A stretch of DNA of 64,000 nt from Heptranchias perlo (Eukaryota), in the NCBI RefSeq assembly GCF_035084215.1, contig NC_090369.1, positions 372,001-436,000 on the forward strand, read 5' to 3'. Positions within the stretch are counted from its first letter, which is position 1. Each line of letters opens with the position of its first letter. A program made the translations under genes and the position numbers. Below, piece by piece: positions 1 to 34,192 of the stretch. A model generated the notes under the pieces. The model was not told the origin of the DNA. It did not search any database and saw only the letters and a program-made list of their open reading frames with translations.

Positions 1-753
1 CACGGTGATGGGACGGGGTCTGTCCCTGCGATTCCCCCGCACGGTGATGGGACGGGGTCTGTGTCTGCGATTCCCCAGCACGGTGATGGGACGGGGTCTG
101 TGTCTGCGATTCCCCCGCACGGTGATGGGACGGGGTCTGTGTCTGCGATTCCCCCGCACGGTGATGGGACGGGGTCTGTCCCTGCTATTCCCCCGCACGG
201 TGATGGGACGGGGTCTGTCCCTGCGATTCCCCCGCACGGTGATGGGACGGGGTCTGTGTCTGTGATTCCCCCACACGGTGATGGGACGGGGTCTGTGTCT
301 GCGATTCCCCCACACGGTGATGGGACGGGGTCTGTCCCTGCGATTCCCCCACACGGTGATGGGACGGGGTCTGTGTCTGCGATTCCCCCGCACGGTGATG
401 GGACGGGGTCTGTGTCTGTGATTCCCCCGCACGGTGATGGGACGGGGTCTGTGTCTGCGATTCCCCCGCACGGTGATGGGACGGGGTCTGTCCCTGCGAT
501 TCCCCCACACGGTGATGGGACGGGGTCTGTGTCTGCGATTCCCCCGCACGGTGATGGGACGGGGTCTGTGTCTGCGATTCCCCCGCACGGTGATGGGACG
601 GGGTCTGTGTCTGTGATTCCCCCGCACGGTGATGGGACGGGGTCTGTGTCTGTGATTCCCCCACACGGTGATGGGACGGGGTGTGTCCCTGCGATTCCCC
701 CACACGGTGATGGGACGGGGTCTGTGTCTGCGATTCCCCCACACGGTGATGGG
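1..753. repeat. 39-bp minisatellite (cacggtgatgggacggggtctgtgtctgcgattcccccg), intronic in the DNM1L-like gene; runs off the window edge
   Basis: Direct tandem copies visible; 13-aa periodicity in ORF 61..864. Confidence 0.95.
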
Positions 754-944
754 ACTAGCAGAAGCCGGGCACTGTCAGGTCGAAGCGTTCCTACATTCCG
801 ACACGATTGCCCTGATCAGAGGCACCTTACCGCTACCCCTGCCCTGGCACAGAAAGGCTGGTGACTTCAGGAGTCCCTGTCCAGAATGGAATCTGTTCCA
901 CTCCCCAGCACTGAGCCCACACCTCCCCCTATGCTAGCTGGACA

Positions 945-2630
945 CGGATAGGCCGAAGGACGTACCCGAGAGCTGTTTACTGAGGGGGATAGACGGACAG
1001 AAGGACGTACCGGAGAGCTGTTTACCGAGGGGGATAGACAGACAGAAGGACGTACCGGAGAGCTGTTTACTGAGGGGGATAGACAGACAGAAGGACGTAC
1101 CTGAGAGCTGTTTACTGAGGGGGATAGACGGACAGAAGGAGGTACCGGAGAGCTGTTTACTGAGGGGGATAGACAGACAGAAGGACGTACCGGAGAGCTG
1201 TTTACCGAGGGGGATAGACGGACAGAAGGAGGTACCGGAGAGCTGTTTACCGAGGGGGATAGACAGACAGAAGGACGTACCGGAGAGCTGTTTACCGAGT
1301 GGGATAGACAGACAGAAGGACGTACCGGAGAGCTGTTTACCGAGGGGGATAGACAGACAGAAGGACGTACCTGAGAGCTGTTTACCGAGGGGGATAGGCA
1401 GACAGAAGGACGTACCTGAGAGCTGTTTACCGAGGGGGATAGGCAGACAGAAGGACGTACCTGAGAGCTGTTTACCGAGGGGGATAGACAGACAGAAGGA
1501 CGTACCTGAGAGCTGTTTACCGAGGGGGATAGGCAGACAGAAGGACGTACCTGAGAGCTGTTTACCGAGGGGGATAGACAGACAGAAGGACGTACCTGAG
1601 AGCTGTTTACCGAGGGGGATAGACGGACAGAAGGACGTACCTGAGAGCTGTTTACCGAGGGGGATAGGCAGACAGAAGGACGTACCTGAGAGCTGTTTAC
1701 CGAGGGGGATAGACGGACAGAAGGACGTACCTGAGAGCTGTTTACCGAGGGGGATAGACGGACAGAAGGACGTACCTGAGAGCTGTTTACTGAGGGGGAT
1801 AGACAGACAGAAGGACGTACCGGAGAGCTGTTTACTGAGGGGGATAGACGGACAGAAGGACGTACCTGAGAGCTGTTTACTGAGGGGGATAGACAGACAG
1901 AAGGACGTACCGGAGAGCTGTTTACTGAGGGGGATAGACGGACAGAAGGACGTACCTGAGAGCTGTTCACCGAGGGGGATAGACGGACAGAAGGACGTAC
2001 CTGAGAGCTGTTCACCGAGGGGGATAGACGGACAGAAGGACGTACCTGAGAGCTGTTCACCGAGGGGGATAGACGGACAGAAGGACGTACCTGAGAGCTG
2101 TTCACCGAGGGGGATAGACAGACAGAAGGACGTACCGGAGAGCTGTTTACTGAGGGGGATAGACGGACAGAAGGACGTACCTGAGAGCTGTTTACTGAGG
2201 GGGATAGACGGACAGAAGGACGTACCTGAGAGCTGTTCACCGAGGGGGATAGACAGACAGAAGGACGTACCTGAGAGCTGTTTACTGAGGGGGATAGGCA
2301 GACAGAAGGACGTACCTGAGAGCTGTTTACCGAGGGGGATAGACAGACAGAAGGACGTACCTGAGAGCTGTTTACCGAGGGGGATAGACGGACAGAAGGA
2401 CGTACCGGAGAGCTGTTTACTGAGGGGGATAGACGGACAGAAGGACGTACCTGAGAGCTGTTTACTGAGGGGGATAGGCAGACAGAAGGACGTACCTGAG
2501 AGCTGTTTACCGAGTGGGATAGACAGACAGAAGGACGTACCTGAGAGCTGTTTACCGAGGGGGATAGGCAGACAGAAGGACGTACCTGAGAGCTGTTCAC
2601 CGAGGGGGATAGACAGACAGAAGGACATAC

Positions 2631-2649
<19 letters not shown>
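945..2649 (-). repeat. 45-bp minisatellite (~37-38 copies) made of the 3' end of DNM1L exon 13 plus its 5' splice site and intron start
   Basis: Minus-strand unit CCTCGGTAAACAGCTCTCAG|GTACGTCCTTCTGTCTGTCTATCCC matches the exon-13 junction CCTCGGTGAACAGCTCTCAG|GTATGTCCTTCTG; 15-aa period in ORF 867..2660. Confidence 0.95.
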
Positions 2650-24731
<22,082 letters not shown>

Positions 24732-24821
24732 GTCCCAGGGGGCCCGAGCCCGGGCCTGCCTCCTCCGTCCGTCCGTCCGTCCGTCCGGCCTCTCGCTCCT
24801 CACCCTCACCCGGACTCTGCA

Positions 24822-25021
24822 NNNNNNNNNNNNNNNNNNNNNNNNNNNNNNNNNNNNNNNNNNNNNNNNNNNNNNNNNNNNNNNNNNNNNNNNNNNNNNN
24901 NNNNNNNNNNNNNNNNNNNNNNNNNNNNNNNNNNNNNNNNNNNNNNNNNNNNNNNNNNNNNNNNNNNNNNNNNNNNNNNNNNNNNNNNNNNNNNNNNNNN
25001 NNNNNNNNNNNNNNNNNNNNN
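24822..25021. other. Assembly gap (200 N) between the DNM1L-like 5' end and the LEM-gene 3' part
   Basis: Run of n. Confidence 0.99.
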
Positions 25022-25349
25022 TAGAGGAGCGGGAGAGAGGGAAGAGGAGAGGGCGAGACGGTGAGAGGGAAAAGGAGAGGGCGAGCCGGAGAGAGAGAAG
25101 GGGAGAGGGCGAGACGGAGAGAGAGAAGGGGAGAGGGCGAGAGGGAAGAGGAGAGGGCGAGAAGGGAGAGGGCGAGACGGAGCGAGGGAAGGGGAAAGGG
25201 CGAGACGGAGAGAGAGAAGGGGAGAGGAAAGAGAGAGTTTAACATCGCAGGGAGAGAACATTCTGGAACCGCGGAGCCAGCTAAAGACAGGAAAGGCTGG
25301 AAGAGGCTTTACTCTAACCCGTGCTGCACCGATCAGAGCAGGTACAGCC

Positions 25350-25722
25350 AGGAGGCCATTCAGCCCAATGTGCCTGTGCTGGCTCTTTGAAAGAGTTATC
25401 CAATTAGTCCCATTCCCTCCTGCTCTTTCCCCATAACCCTGCAAATTTTTTCCCCTTCAAGTATTTATCCGATTCCCTTTTGAAAGTTATTATTGAATCT
25501 GCTTCCACCGCCCTTTCAGGCAGTGAATTCCAGATCAGAACAACTCGCTGCGTAAAAAAAACATTCTCCTCATCTCCCCCTCTGGTTCTTTTACCAATCA
25601 CCTTAAATCTGTGTCCTCTGGTTACCGACCCTCCTGCCACTGGAAACAGTTTCTCCTTATTTACTCCATCAAAACCCCTCCTGATTTTAACCCCTCGATT
25701 AAATCTCCTCTTAACCTGCCCT
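25350..25722 (-). mobile_element. CR1 LINE 3' remnant
   Basis: RLRGDLIE, TRGHRFKVIGKR, FFTQRVV on the minus strand. Confidence 0.85.
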
Positions 25723-25738
25723 GATGGAAGTCGCTCAC

Positions 25739-25858
25739 CTCCGTCCTCGGAGAGAGGCTCTCTGATCCCAGCTGGCGACCTGTGACCTGTGGCCGGCGAC
25801 CTGTGACCTGGCCTGAGAGCGTCCTGTAGTTTCTTCTCGTACAGAGGGCGAGTGGACG
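25739..25858 (-). CDS. EMD: Emerin-like LEM-domain gene, second coding exon ((A)STRPLYEKKLQDALRPGHRSPATGHRSPAGIREPLSEDG)
   Basis: ttcacag acceptor, GTGAG donor; STRxLYEKKL is the second LEM helix; phase 1/1. Confidence 0.75.
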
Positions 25859-25914
25859 CTGTGAATCAGAGGGCAGGGTCAGCGGGGGCTCCGCGTACAA
25901 AGGACGAGCGTCCC

Positions 25915-28580
25915 CAGCCGTCTGCTCCCCCTCCGTCTCCTCCCCCTCCGTCTGCTCCCGTCCGTCTGCTCCCCCCTCCGTCTCCTCCCTCTCCGTCTGC
26001 TCCCCGTCCGTCTGCTCCCCCCGCCGTCTGCTCCCCCCTCCGTCTCCTCCCCCGCCTCCTCCCCCCACCGTCTGCTCCCTCTCCGTCTCCTCCCTCTCCG
26101 TCTCCTCCCCCTCCGTTCTGCTCCCCCTCCGTCTCCTCTCCCCCGCCGTCTCCCTCCCCTCTCCGTCTCCTCCCCCTCCGTCTGCTCCCCCCCTCCGTCT
26201 CCTCCCCGCCTCCTCCCCCCACCGTCTGCTCCCCCTCCGTCTGCTCCCCCTCCGTCTCCTCCCCCACCGTCTGCTCCCCCTCCGTCTCCTCCCCCGCCGC
26301 CTCCTCCCTCTCCGTCTGCTCCCCCTCCGTCTCCTCCCCCGCCGTCTCCTACCCCTCCGTCTGCTCCCCCCGCCGTCTGCTCCCCCCTGCCTTCTCCTCC
26401 TCCGCCGTCTCCTCCCTCTCCGTCTGCTCCCCCCGCCTTCTCCTCCCCGCCGTCTCCTCCCCCTCCGTCTCCTCCCTCTCCGTCTGCTCCCCCTCCGTCT
26501 GCTCCCCCGCTGTCTCCTCCCCCCCTCCGTCTGCTCCCCCGCCGTCTGCTCCCCCTCCGTCTGCTCCCTCGCGTCTGCTCCCCCTCCGTCTCCTCCCCCG
26601 CCGTCTCCTCCCCCTCCGTCTGCTCCCCCCGCCGTCTGCTCCCCCCGCCTTCTCCTCCCCCGCCGTCTCCTCCCTCTCCGTCTGCTCCCGCCCGCCCGTC
26701 TCCTCCCCCCTCCGTCTCCTCCCTCTCCGTATGCTCCCCCTCCGTCTGCTCCCCCGCTGTCTCCTCCCCCTCCGTCTGCTCCCCCGCCGTCTGCTCCCCC
26801 CTCCGTCTGCTCCCTCGCGTCTGCTCCCCCCTCCGTCTGCTCCCCCTCCGTCTCCTCCCCCGCCGTCTGCTCCCCCTCCGTCTGCTCCTCGCGTCTGCTC
26901 CCCCTCCGTTCTGCTCCCCCTCCGTCTCCTCCCCCGCTGTCTCCTCCCCCCTCCCGTCTGCTCCCCCGCCGTCTGCTCCCCCTCCGTCTGCTCCCTCGCG
27001 TCTGCTCCCCCTCCGTCTCCTCCCCGCCGTCTCCTCCCCTCCGTCTGCTCCCCCCGCCGTCTGCTCCCCCCGCCTTCTCCTCCCCCGCCGTCTCCTCCCT
27101 CTCCGTCTGCTCCCCCGCGTCTCCTCCCCCTCCGTCTCCTCCCTCTCCGTCTCCTCCCCCTCCGTCTGCTCCCCCTCCGTCTCCTCCCCCGCCGTCTCCT
27201 CCCTCTCCGTCTCCTCCCCCTCCGTCTGCTCCCCCCTCCGTCTCCTCCCGCCTCCTCCCCCCACCGTCTGCTCCCCCTCCGTCTGCTCCCCCTCCGTCTC
27301 CTCCCCCACCGTCTGCTCCCCCTCCGTCTCCTCCCCCGCCGCCTCCTCCCTCTCCGTCTGCTCCCCCTCCGTCTCCTCCCCCGCCGTCTCCTCCCCCTCC
27401 GTCTGCTCCCCCCCGCCGTCTGCTCCCCCCCGCCTTCTCCTCCTCCGCCGTCTCCTCCTCTCCGTCTGCTCCCCCCGCCTTCTCCTCCCCCGCCGTCTCC
27501 CTCCCCCTCCGTCTCCTCCCCTCTCCGTCTGCTCCCCTCCGTCTGCTCCCCCGCTGTCTCCTCCCCCTCCGTCTGCTCTCCACCCCGCCGTCTGCTCCCC
27601 CTCCGTCTGCTCCCTCGCGTCTGCTCCCCTCCGTCTCCTCCCCGCCGTCTCCTCCCCCTCCGTCTGCTCCCCCCGCCGTCTGCTCCCCCGCCTTCTCCTC
27701 CCCCGCCGTCTCCTCCCTCTCCGTCTGCTCCCCCGCCGTCTCCTCCCCCTCTCGTCTCCTCCCTCTCCGTCTGCTCCCCCTCCCGTCTGCTCCCCCGCTG
27801 TCTCCTCCCCCTCCGTCTGCTCCCCCGCCGTCTGCTCCCCCTCCGTCTGCTCCCTCGCGTCTGCTCCCCCTCCGTCTGCTCCCCTCCGTCCCTCCCCCGC
27901 CGTCTGCTCCCCCTCCGTCTGCTCCCTCGCGTCTGCTCCCCCTCCGTCTGCTCCCCCTCCGTCTCCTCCCCCGCTGTCTCTCCCCTCCGTCTGCTCCCCC
28001 GCCGTCTGCTCCCCCTCCGTCTGCTCCCTCGCGTCTGCTCCCCCTCCGTCTCCTCCCCCGCCGTCTCTCCCCCTCCGTCTGCTCCCCCCCGCCGTCTGCT
28101 CCCCCCGCCTTCTCCTCCCCCGCCGTCTCCTCCCTCTCCGTCTGCTCCCCCGCCGTCTCCTCCCCCTCCGTCTCCTCCCTCTCCGTCTGCTCCCCCTCCG
28201 TCTGCTCCCCGCTGTCTCCTCCCCCTCCGTCTGCTCCCCCGCCGTCTGCTCCCCCTCCCGTCTGCTCCTCGCGTCTGCTCCCCCTCCGTCTGCTCCCCCT
28301 CCGTCTCCTCCCCCGCCGTCTGCTCCCCCTCCGTCTGCTCCCACCGCGTCTGCTCCCCCTCCGTCTGCTCCCCCCTCCGTCTCCTCCCTCCGCCGTCTGC
28401 TCCCCCTCCGTCTGCTCCCTCGCGTCTGCTCCCCCTCCGTCTGCTCCCCCTCCGTCTCCTCCCCCGCCGTCTCCTCCCCCTCCGTCTCCTCCCCCTCCGT
28501 CTCCTCCCACTCCGTCTGCTCCCCCTCCGTCTCCTCCCTCTCCGTCTCCTCCCCTCGCCGTCTCCTCCGTCTCCGTCTCC
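25915..28580. repeat. ~15-bp C/T-rich minisatellite (ccccctccgtctgct / ccgtctcctc) filling the LEM-gene intron
   Basis: 2.7 kb degenerate tandem array; source of spurious long ORFs. Confidence 0.92.
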
Positions 28581-28884
28581 CATCCGACTCCATACGCCAT
28601 CACATTCTGCCGCGTGGAACCGAATTGCCATCAAGTGGGGGGCTTGTACCTGCACTGATACTGGGGGGGGGGGGCCGACAGCCCCCAGTGTGGACCCCCC
28701 CCCCACCCTAAACCACATCAGGTGAGTCTGGGTCAGCCCCCTGCCCCTCACCACATTCACTCACTGCACCATCACCATTTACCGCCGAGCTGCGGCCCTA
28801 TAAACGCTGCTGCTCCCTCTCCGGTTTCATGGACTCGGTGTCATCGTCAAATCAGGTGGGGGTGGGGGGCTCCCGCAACTCCGG

Positions 28885-29125
28885 GCACCAGCCCCCTCCC
28901 CCCACTCTCCCGGGCTCCAGCCCCCTCCCCCCCACTCTCCCCGGACTCCAGCCCCCTCCCCCCACTCTCCCTGGGCTCCAGCCCCCCCCTCCATTCTCCC
29001 CGGATCCCTGCCCCCCCCATTCTCCCCCGGGCTCCCTGCCCCCCCCCACTCTCCCCGGGCTCCTGCCCCCCTCCCCCCGGGCTCCTGCCCCCTCCCCCCA
29101 CTCTCCCCCCGGGCTCCTGCCCCCG
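28885..29125. repeat. ~30-bp C-rich minisatellite (cccccactctccccgggctcc)
   Basis: Visible tandem copies. Confidence 0.8.
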
Positions 29126-29228
29126 CAAACCCCACAGACCAACACATGGTTGAATATCCCCGCTCTGGGACAGAGCACAACCCCTGACCCCAGACCCCCT
29201 GACCCCAGGGGTCGACATTGCTCCTTAC

Positions 29229-29309
29229 CCACAATGGGCCATGTGTGATCCCACTGGCTCTCAGCCTGGCTGACAGATCCTCGTCACTCAAACCTTTCAA
29301 ATCTTCCAT
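29229..29309 (-). CDS. EMD: Emerin-like LEM-domain gene, first coding exon (MEDLKGLSDEDLSARLRASGITHGP[IV]); 1-nt deletion as assembled
   Basis: LSD-x-L...GI-x-HGP is the LEM N-terminal half; acceptor tcctgtag ending at 29356, GTAAG donor. The exon is 81 nt, but 82 nt is needed to join the next exon in phase. Confidence 0.72.
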
Positions 29310-29440
29310 CTCTGATATCCCGGGTGCTGCAGCTCCCAACACAGCAGGCGGTCTCCTACAGGAGGAGGGGACACAGGTCATTCCCGAGGAGACCCCCCGA
29401 GGAGACCCCCTCCTTCCCACATTTCATCCGAATCCCCCAG

Positions 29441-31838
29441 TCTCTCTCTCTCTCTCTATCCCGGGTCTCTCTCTCTCTCTCTCTCTATCCCGGGTCTCTC
29501 TCTCTCACTCTATCCCGGGTCTCTCTCTCTCTCTCTATCCCGGTCTCTCTCTCTCTCTCTATCCCGGTCTCACTCTCTCTCTCTCTCTCTATCCCGGTCT
29601 CTCTCTCTCTCTATCCCGGTCTCTCTCTCTCTCTCTCTCTCTATCCCGGTCTCTCTCTCTCTCTATCCCGGGTCTCTCTCTCTCTCTATCCCGGTCTCTC
29701 TCTCTCTCTCTCTATCCCGGTCTCTCTCTCTCTCTCTATCCCGGTCTCACTCTCTCTCTCTCTCTCTATCCCGGTCTCTCTCTCTCTCTCTATCCCGGTC
29801 TCTCTCTCTCTCTCTCTATCCCGGGTCTCTCTCTCTCTCTCTATCCCGGTCTCTCTCTCTCTCTCTATCCCGGGTCTCTCTCTCTCTCTCTATCCCGGGT
29901 CTCTCTCTCTCTCTCTATCCCGGGTCTCTCTCTCTCTCTCTATCCCGGGTCTCTCTCTCTCTCTCTCTCTATCCCTGGGTCTCTCTCTCTCTCTATCCCG
30001 GGTCTCTCTCTCTCTCTATCCCGGTCTCTCTCTCTCTCTCTCTCTATCCTGGGTCTCTCTCTCTCTCTATCCCGGGTCTCTCTCTCTATCCCGGGTCTCT
30101 CTCTCTCTCTCTATCCCGGGTCTCTCTCTCTCTCTCTATCCCGGGTCTCTCTCTCTCTCTCTCTATCCCGGTCTCTCTCTCTCTCTCTATCCCGGTCTCT
30201 CTCTCTCTCTCTATCCCGGTCTCTCTCTCTCACTCTATCCCGGGTCTCTCTCTCTCTCTATCCCGGGTCTCTCTCTCTCTCTCTATCCCGGGTCTCTCTC
30301 TCTCTCTCTATCCCGGTCTCTCTCTCTCTCTCTATCCGGTCTTTCTCTCTCTCTCTATCCCGGGTCTCTCTCTCTCTCTATCCCGGGTCTCTCTCTCTCT
30401 CTCTATCCCGGGTCTCTCTCTCTCTCTATCCCGGTCTCTCTCTCTCTCTATCCCGGTCTCTCTCTCTCTCTCTCTATCCCGGGTCTCTCTCTCTCTCTCT
30501 ATCCCGGTCTTTCTCTCTCTCTCTATCCCGGGTCTTTCTCTCTCTCTCTATCCCGGGACTCTCTCTCTCTCTCTCTATCCCGGGTCTCTCTCTCTCTCTA
30601 TCCCGGGTCTCTCTCTCTCTCTCTCTATCCCGGTCTCTCTCTCTCTATCCCGGGTCTCTCTCTCTCACTCTATCCTGGGTCTCTCTCTCCCTCTATCCCG
30701 GGTCTCTCTCTCTCTCTCTATCCCGGGTCTCTCTCTCTCTCTATCCCGGTCTCTCTCTCTCTCTATCCCGGGTCTCTCTCTCTCTCTCTATCCCGGGTCT
30801 CTCTCTCTCTCTCTCTATCCCGGGTCTCTCTCTCTCTCTCTATCCCGGGTCTCTCTCTCTCTCTATCCCGGTCTCTCTCTCTCTCTCTCTATCCCGGTCT
30901 CTCTCTCTCTCTCTATCCCGGTCTCTCTCTCTCTCTCTCTCTATCCGGTCTCTCTCTCTCTCTCTCTATCCCGGGTCTCTCTCTCTCTCTCTCTATCCCG
31001 GGTCTCTCTCTCTCTCTCTATCCCGGGTCTCTCTCTCTCTCTCTATCCCGGTCTCTCTCTCTCTCTCTCTATCCCGGTCTCTCTCTCTCTCTCTATCCCG
31101 GGTCTCTCTCTCTCACTCTATCCTGGGTCTCTCTCTCTCTCTATCCGGGTCTCTCTCTCTCTCTCTCTCTATCCCGGTCTCTCTCTCTCTCTCTCTATCC
31201 CGGTCTCTCTCTCTCTCTCTATCCCGGTCTCTCTCTCTCTCTCTATCCCGGGTCTCTCTCTCACTCTATCCTGGGTCTCTCTCTCTCTCTATCCCGGGTC
31301 TCTCTCTCTCTCTCTCTCTATCCCGGTCTCTCTCTCTCTCTATCCCCGGGTCTCTCTCTCTCTCTCTCTATCCCGGGTCTCTCTCTCTCTCTCTATCCCG
31401 GGTCTCTCTCTCTCTCTCTATCCCGGGTCTCTCTCTCTCTCTCTCTCTATCCCGGTCTCTCTCCCTCTCTATCCCGGGTCTCTCTCTCTCTCTATCCCGG
31501 GTCTCTCTCTCTCTCTCTCTATCCCGGTCTCTCTCCCTCTATCCCGGTCTCTCTCCCTCTCTATCCCGGGTCTCTCTCTCTCACTCTATCCCGGGTCTCT
31601 CTCTCTCTCTATCCCGGTCTCTCTCCCTCTCTATCCCGGGTCTCTCTCTCTCTCTGTCCCGGGTCTCTCTCTCTCTCTCTATCCCGGTCTCTCTCTCTCT
31701 CTATCCCGGTCCTCTCTCTCTCTCTATCCCGGGTCTCTTTCTCTCTCTCTCTATCCCGGGTCTCTTTCTCTCTCTCTCTATCCCGGGTCTCTCTCTCTCT
31801 CTATCCCGGGTCTCTCTCTCTCTCTATCCCGGTCTCTC
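29441..31838. repeat. Compound microsatellite [(TC)n-TATCCCGG(G)]
   Basis: 2.4 kb of (tc)n punctuated by atcccgg. Confidence 0.95.
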
Positions 31839-31849
31839 TGTGACCCGTT

Positions 31850-31975
31850 CCCGGACCTGGATCCCGAGTCTCTCCGGCTCCGATTCTCAGCGAGCGGCCG
31901 CGGCCCGGAGTCGATCGTCGGGGAGAAGAATCCGGAAACAGAGGCTGACTCCGCCCGGGGAGAGGCTGTCCCGGG
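31850..31975 (-). promoter_or_regulatory. CpG-rich putative promoter and non-coding first exon of the LEM-domain gene
   Basis: CpG cluster, CCGGAA ETS-like site, GC box (ccgccc), possible donor CAG|GTCCGG near 31856; position upstream of the acceptor at 29356. Confidence 0.5.
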
Positions 31976-32420
31976 GGAGAGGGGAGGAGAGGAGGGAGAG
32001 GGGGAGAGGAGGAGTGGAGGGAGAGGGGAAAGGAGGGAGAGGAGGAGAGGGGAAAGGAGGGGGAGGGAAAGGGGAGAAATGAGGGAGAGGGGAAAGGAGG
32101 GAGGGAAGAGGGGGAAAGGAGGGGAGGGGGGTAAAGGAGGGAGGTGGGGGAGAGAGGAGAGGAGGAGGGAAGGGGAGAGGGGAAGGAGGGAGGAGAGGGA
32201 AAGGAGAGGAGGAGGGAAGGGGAGAGGAGAGAGGGGGGAAAGAGGGGAAAGGAGGGGGAGGGAAAGGGGAGAAATGAGGGGGGGAGGAGGGAGGAGAAGA
32301 GGGAGAGGAGGGATGGAGGGGGGTAAAGAGGGAGGGAGAGAGAGGGAGGGAAAGTGGAAAGAGAGGGGGACAGGCTGACACGAGGAAAGGGAGGGGGAGG
32401 GAAGGATAGAGGGGAGTGGA
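31975..32420. repeat. Polypurine (GA/GGA) low-complexity tract
   Basis: Visible. Confidence 0.85.
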
Positions 32421-32544
32421 GAGACTGGGTAATTATTGAATTTATTGGATTAACATTAATGAACAAATAAAGTGAGAAATAAATTCCGAACTTTTAATGA
32501 ATTCAGTAAATGTGTTAATAAAATAAAGAACTGTTATAGAGTCA

Positions 32545-33075
32545 CAAGTCAGGAGTGTGATGGAATACTCTCCACTTGCCTGGATGAGTGCAGCTCCAAC
32601 AACACTCAAGAAGCTCGACACCATCCAGGACAAAGCAGCCCGCTTGATTGGCACCCCATCCACCACCCTAAACATTCACTCCCTTCACCACCGGTGCACT
32701 GTGGCTGCAGTGTGTACCATCCACAGGATGCACTGCAGCAACTCGCCAAGGCTTCTTCGACAGCACCTCCCAAACCCGCGACCTCTACCACCTAGAAGGA
32801 CAAGAGCAGCAGGCACATGGGAACAACACCATCTGCACATTCCCCTCCAAGTCACACACCATCCCGACTTGGAAATATATCGCCGTTCCTTCATCGTCGC
32901 TGGGTCAAAATCCTGGAACTCCCTTCCTAACAGCACTGTGGAGAACCGTCACCACACCGGACTGCAGCGGTTCAAGAAGGCGGCTCACCACCACCTTCTC
33001 AAGGGGCAACTAGGGATGGGCAATAAATGCCGGCCTCGCCAGTGACGCCCACATCCCATGAACGAATAAAAAAAA
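32545..33075 (+). mobile_element. 3' end of a non-LTR retrotransposon (CR1/L2-clade-like, a different family) with A-rich tail
   Basis: MEYSPLAW...LDTIQDKAARLI...SLHHR...WNSLP; ends in aataaaaaaaa. Confidence 0.8.
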
Positions 33076-33129
33076 CCTCACATTAGTGACTAAATAAGAG
33101 TGAATTAAATAATTTAATGAATAATTTCA

Positions 33130-34000
33130 TAGTTTGCAGATGACACAAAACTGGGAAATATAATAAACAGTGAGGAGGATAGACTTCAAGAGATATAGAC
33201 AGGCTGGTGGAATGGGCGGACACGTGGCAAATGAAATTTAACGCAGAAAAAATGCGAGGTGATGCATTTCGGTAGGAAAAATGAGGAGAGGCAGAATAAA
33301 CTAGAGGGCACAATTCTAAAAGGGGTACAGGAACAGAGAGATCTGGGGTATATGTACACAAATCGTTGAAGGTGGTAGGGCAGGTTGAGAAAGTGGTTAA
33401 AAAAGCAGACGGATCCTGGCTTTATAAATAGAGGCATAGAGTACAAAAGCAAGGAAGTCATGATGAACCTTAAAACACTGGTTCGGCCACAACTGGAGCA
33501 TTGTGTCCAGTTCTGGGCACCGCACTTTAGGAAAGATGTGAAGACCATAGAGAGGATGCAGAAGAGATTTACTAGAATGATTCCAGGGATGAGGGACTTC
33601 AGTCACATGGATAGACTGGAGAAGCTGGGGTTGTTCTCCTTGGAACAGAGAAGGTTGCGAGGAGATTTGATCGAGGTATTTGAAAACAATGAAGGGTCTA
33701 GACAAAGTAGATAGAGAGAAACTGTTCCCATTGGCGGAAGGGTCAAGAAACAGTGGGCATAGATTTAAGGTGATTGGCAAAAGAACCAAAGGTGACATGA
33801 GGAAAATCTTTCTTAAACAGCGAGTGGTTATGATCTGGAATGCACTGTCCGAGGGGGTGGTGGAGGCAGATTCAATCATGGCCTTCAAAAGGGAACTGGA
33901 TAAGTACTTGAAAGTAAAAAATTTGCAGGGCTACGGGGATAATTGGAGAAATCCTTCAAAGGGCCAGCACGGGCTCGATGGGCGGAATGGCCGCCTCCTG
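33130..34000 (+). mobile_element. Degenerate CR1 LINE 3' portion
   Basis: FADDTK, LVRPQLEHCVQFW, RRLRGDLIEV, WNAL; multiple frameshifts. Confidence 0.88.
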
Positions 34001-34192
34001 TGGGCGGGGCCTGGCTCTGTGACGTCAGCTCCGTGACCGGAAGCCGCCATCTTGTTGGCTGCAGCTGCTTCAAAAGAGCGGCGGCGGCGGGAAGCGGAGA
34101 CCCGGGATCGCGGCTCCAGGAAACTCCCCAGGCCCAGGATTCAGGCTCGGCAAAGCTTTCCGATCACAACCCGAGGCCTCGTCGCTTTCACG
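34001..34192 (+). promoter_or_regulatory. RAB7A-like core promoter and non-coding exon 1
   Basis: GC box GGGCGGGG (~34002), CRE TGACGTCA (34020-34027), ETS CCGGAAG (34037), YY1 GCCGCCATCTTG (34043); donor ACG|GTAACG at 34193. Confidence 0.75.

Noticed and set aside
755-940. Possible DNM1L exon 14 in the unique sequence between two arrays
   Set aside because: The CAG at 940-938 gives an immediate stop in phase 0, and the nearby TAG gives no recognisable Drp1 sequence; left unresolved
25880-25915. Minus-strand 'DARPLYAE' resembling LEM 'TRPLYEK' just upstream of exon B
   Set aside because: Too short, with no acceptor; at most a decayed local micro-duplication
28590-28860. Unique island in the LEM intron with TGATG/CTGA-like motifs (snoRNA candidate)
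   Set aside because: No properly ordered C/D boxes with a terminal stem could be established
25661-32082. 800-980-aa low-complexity ORFs
   Set aside because: Products of 15-bp and (TC)n arrays; only the small LEM exons are credible
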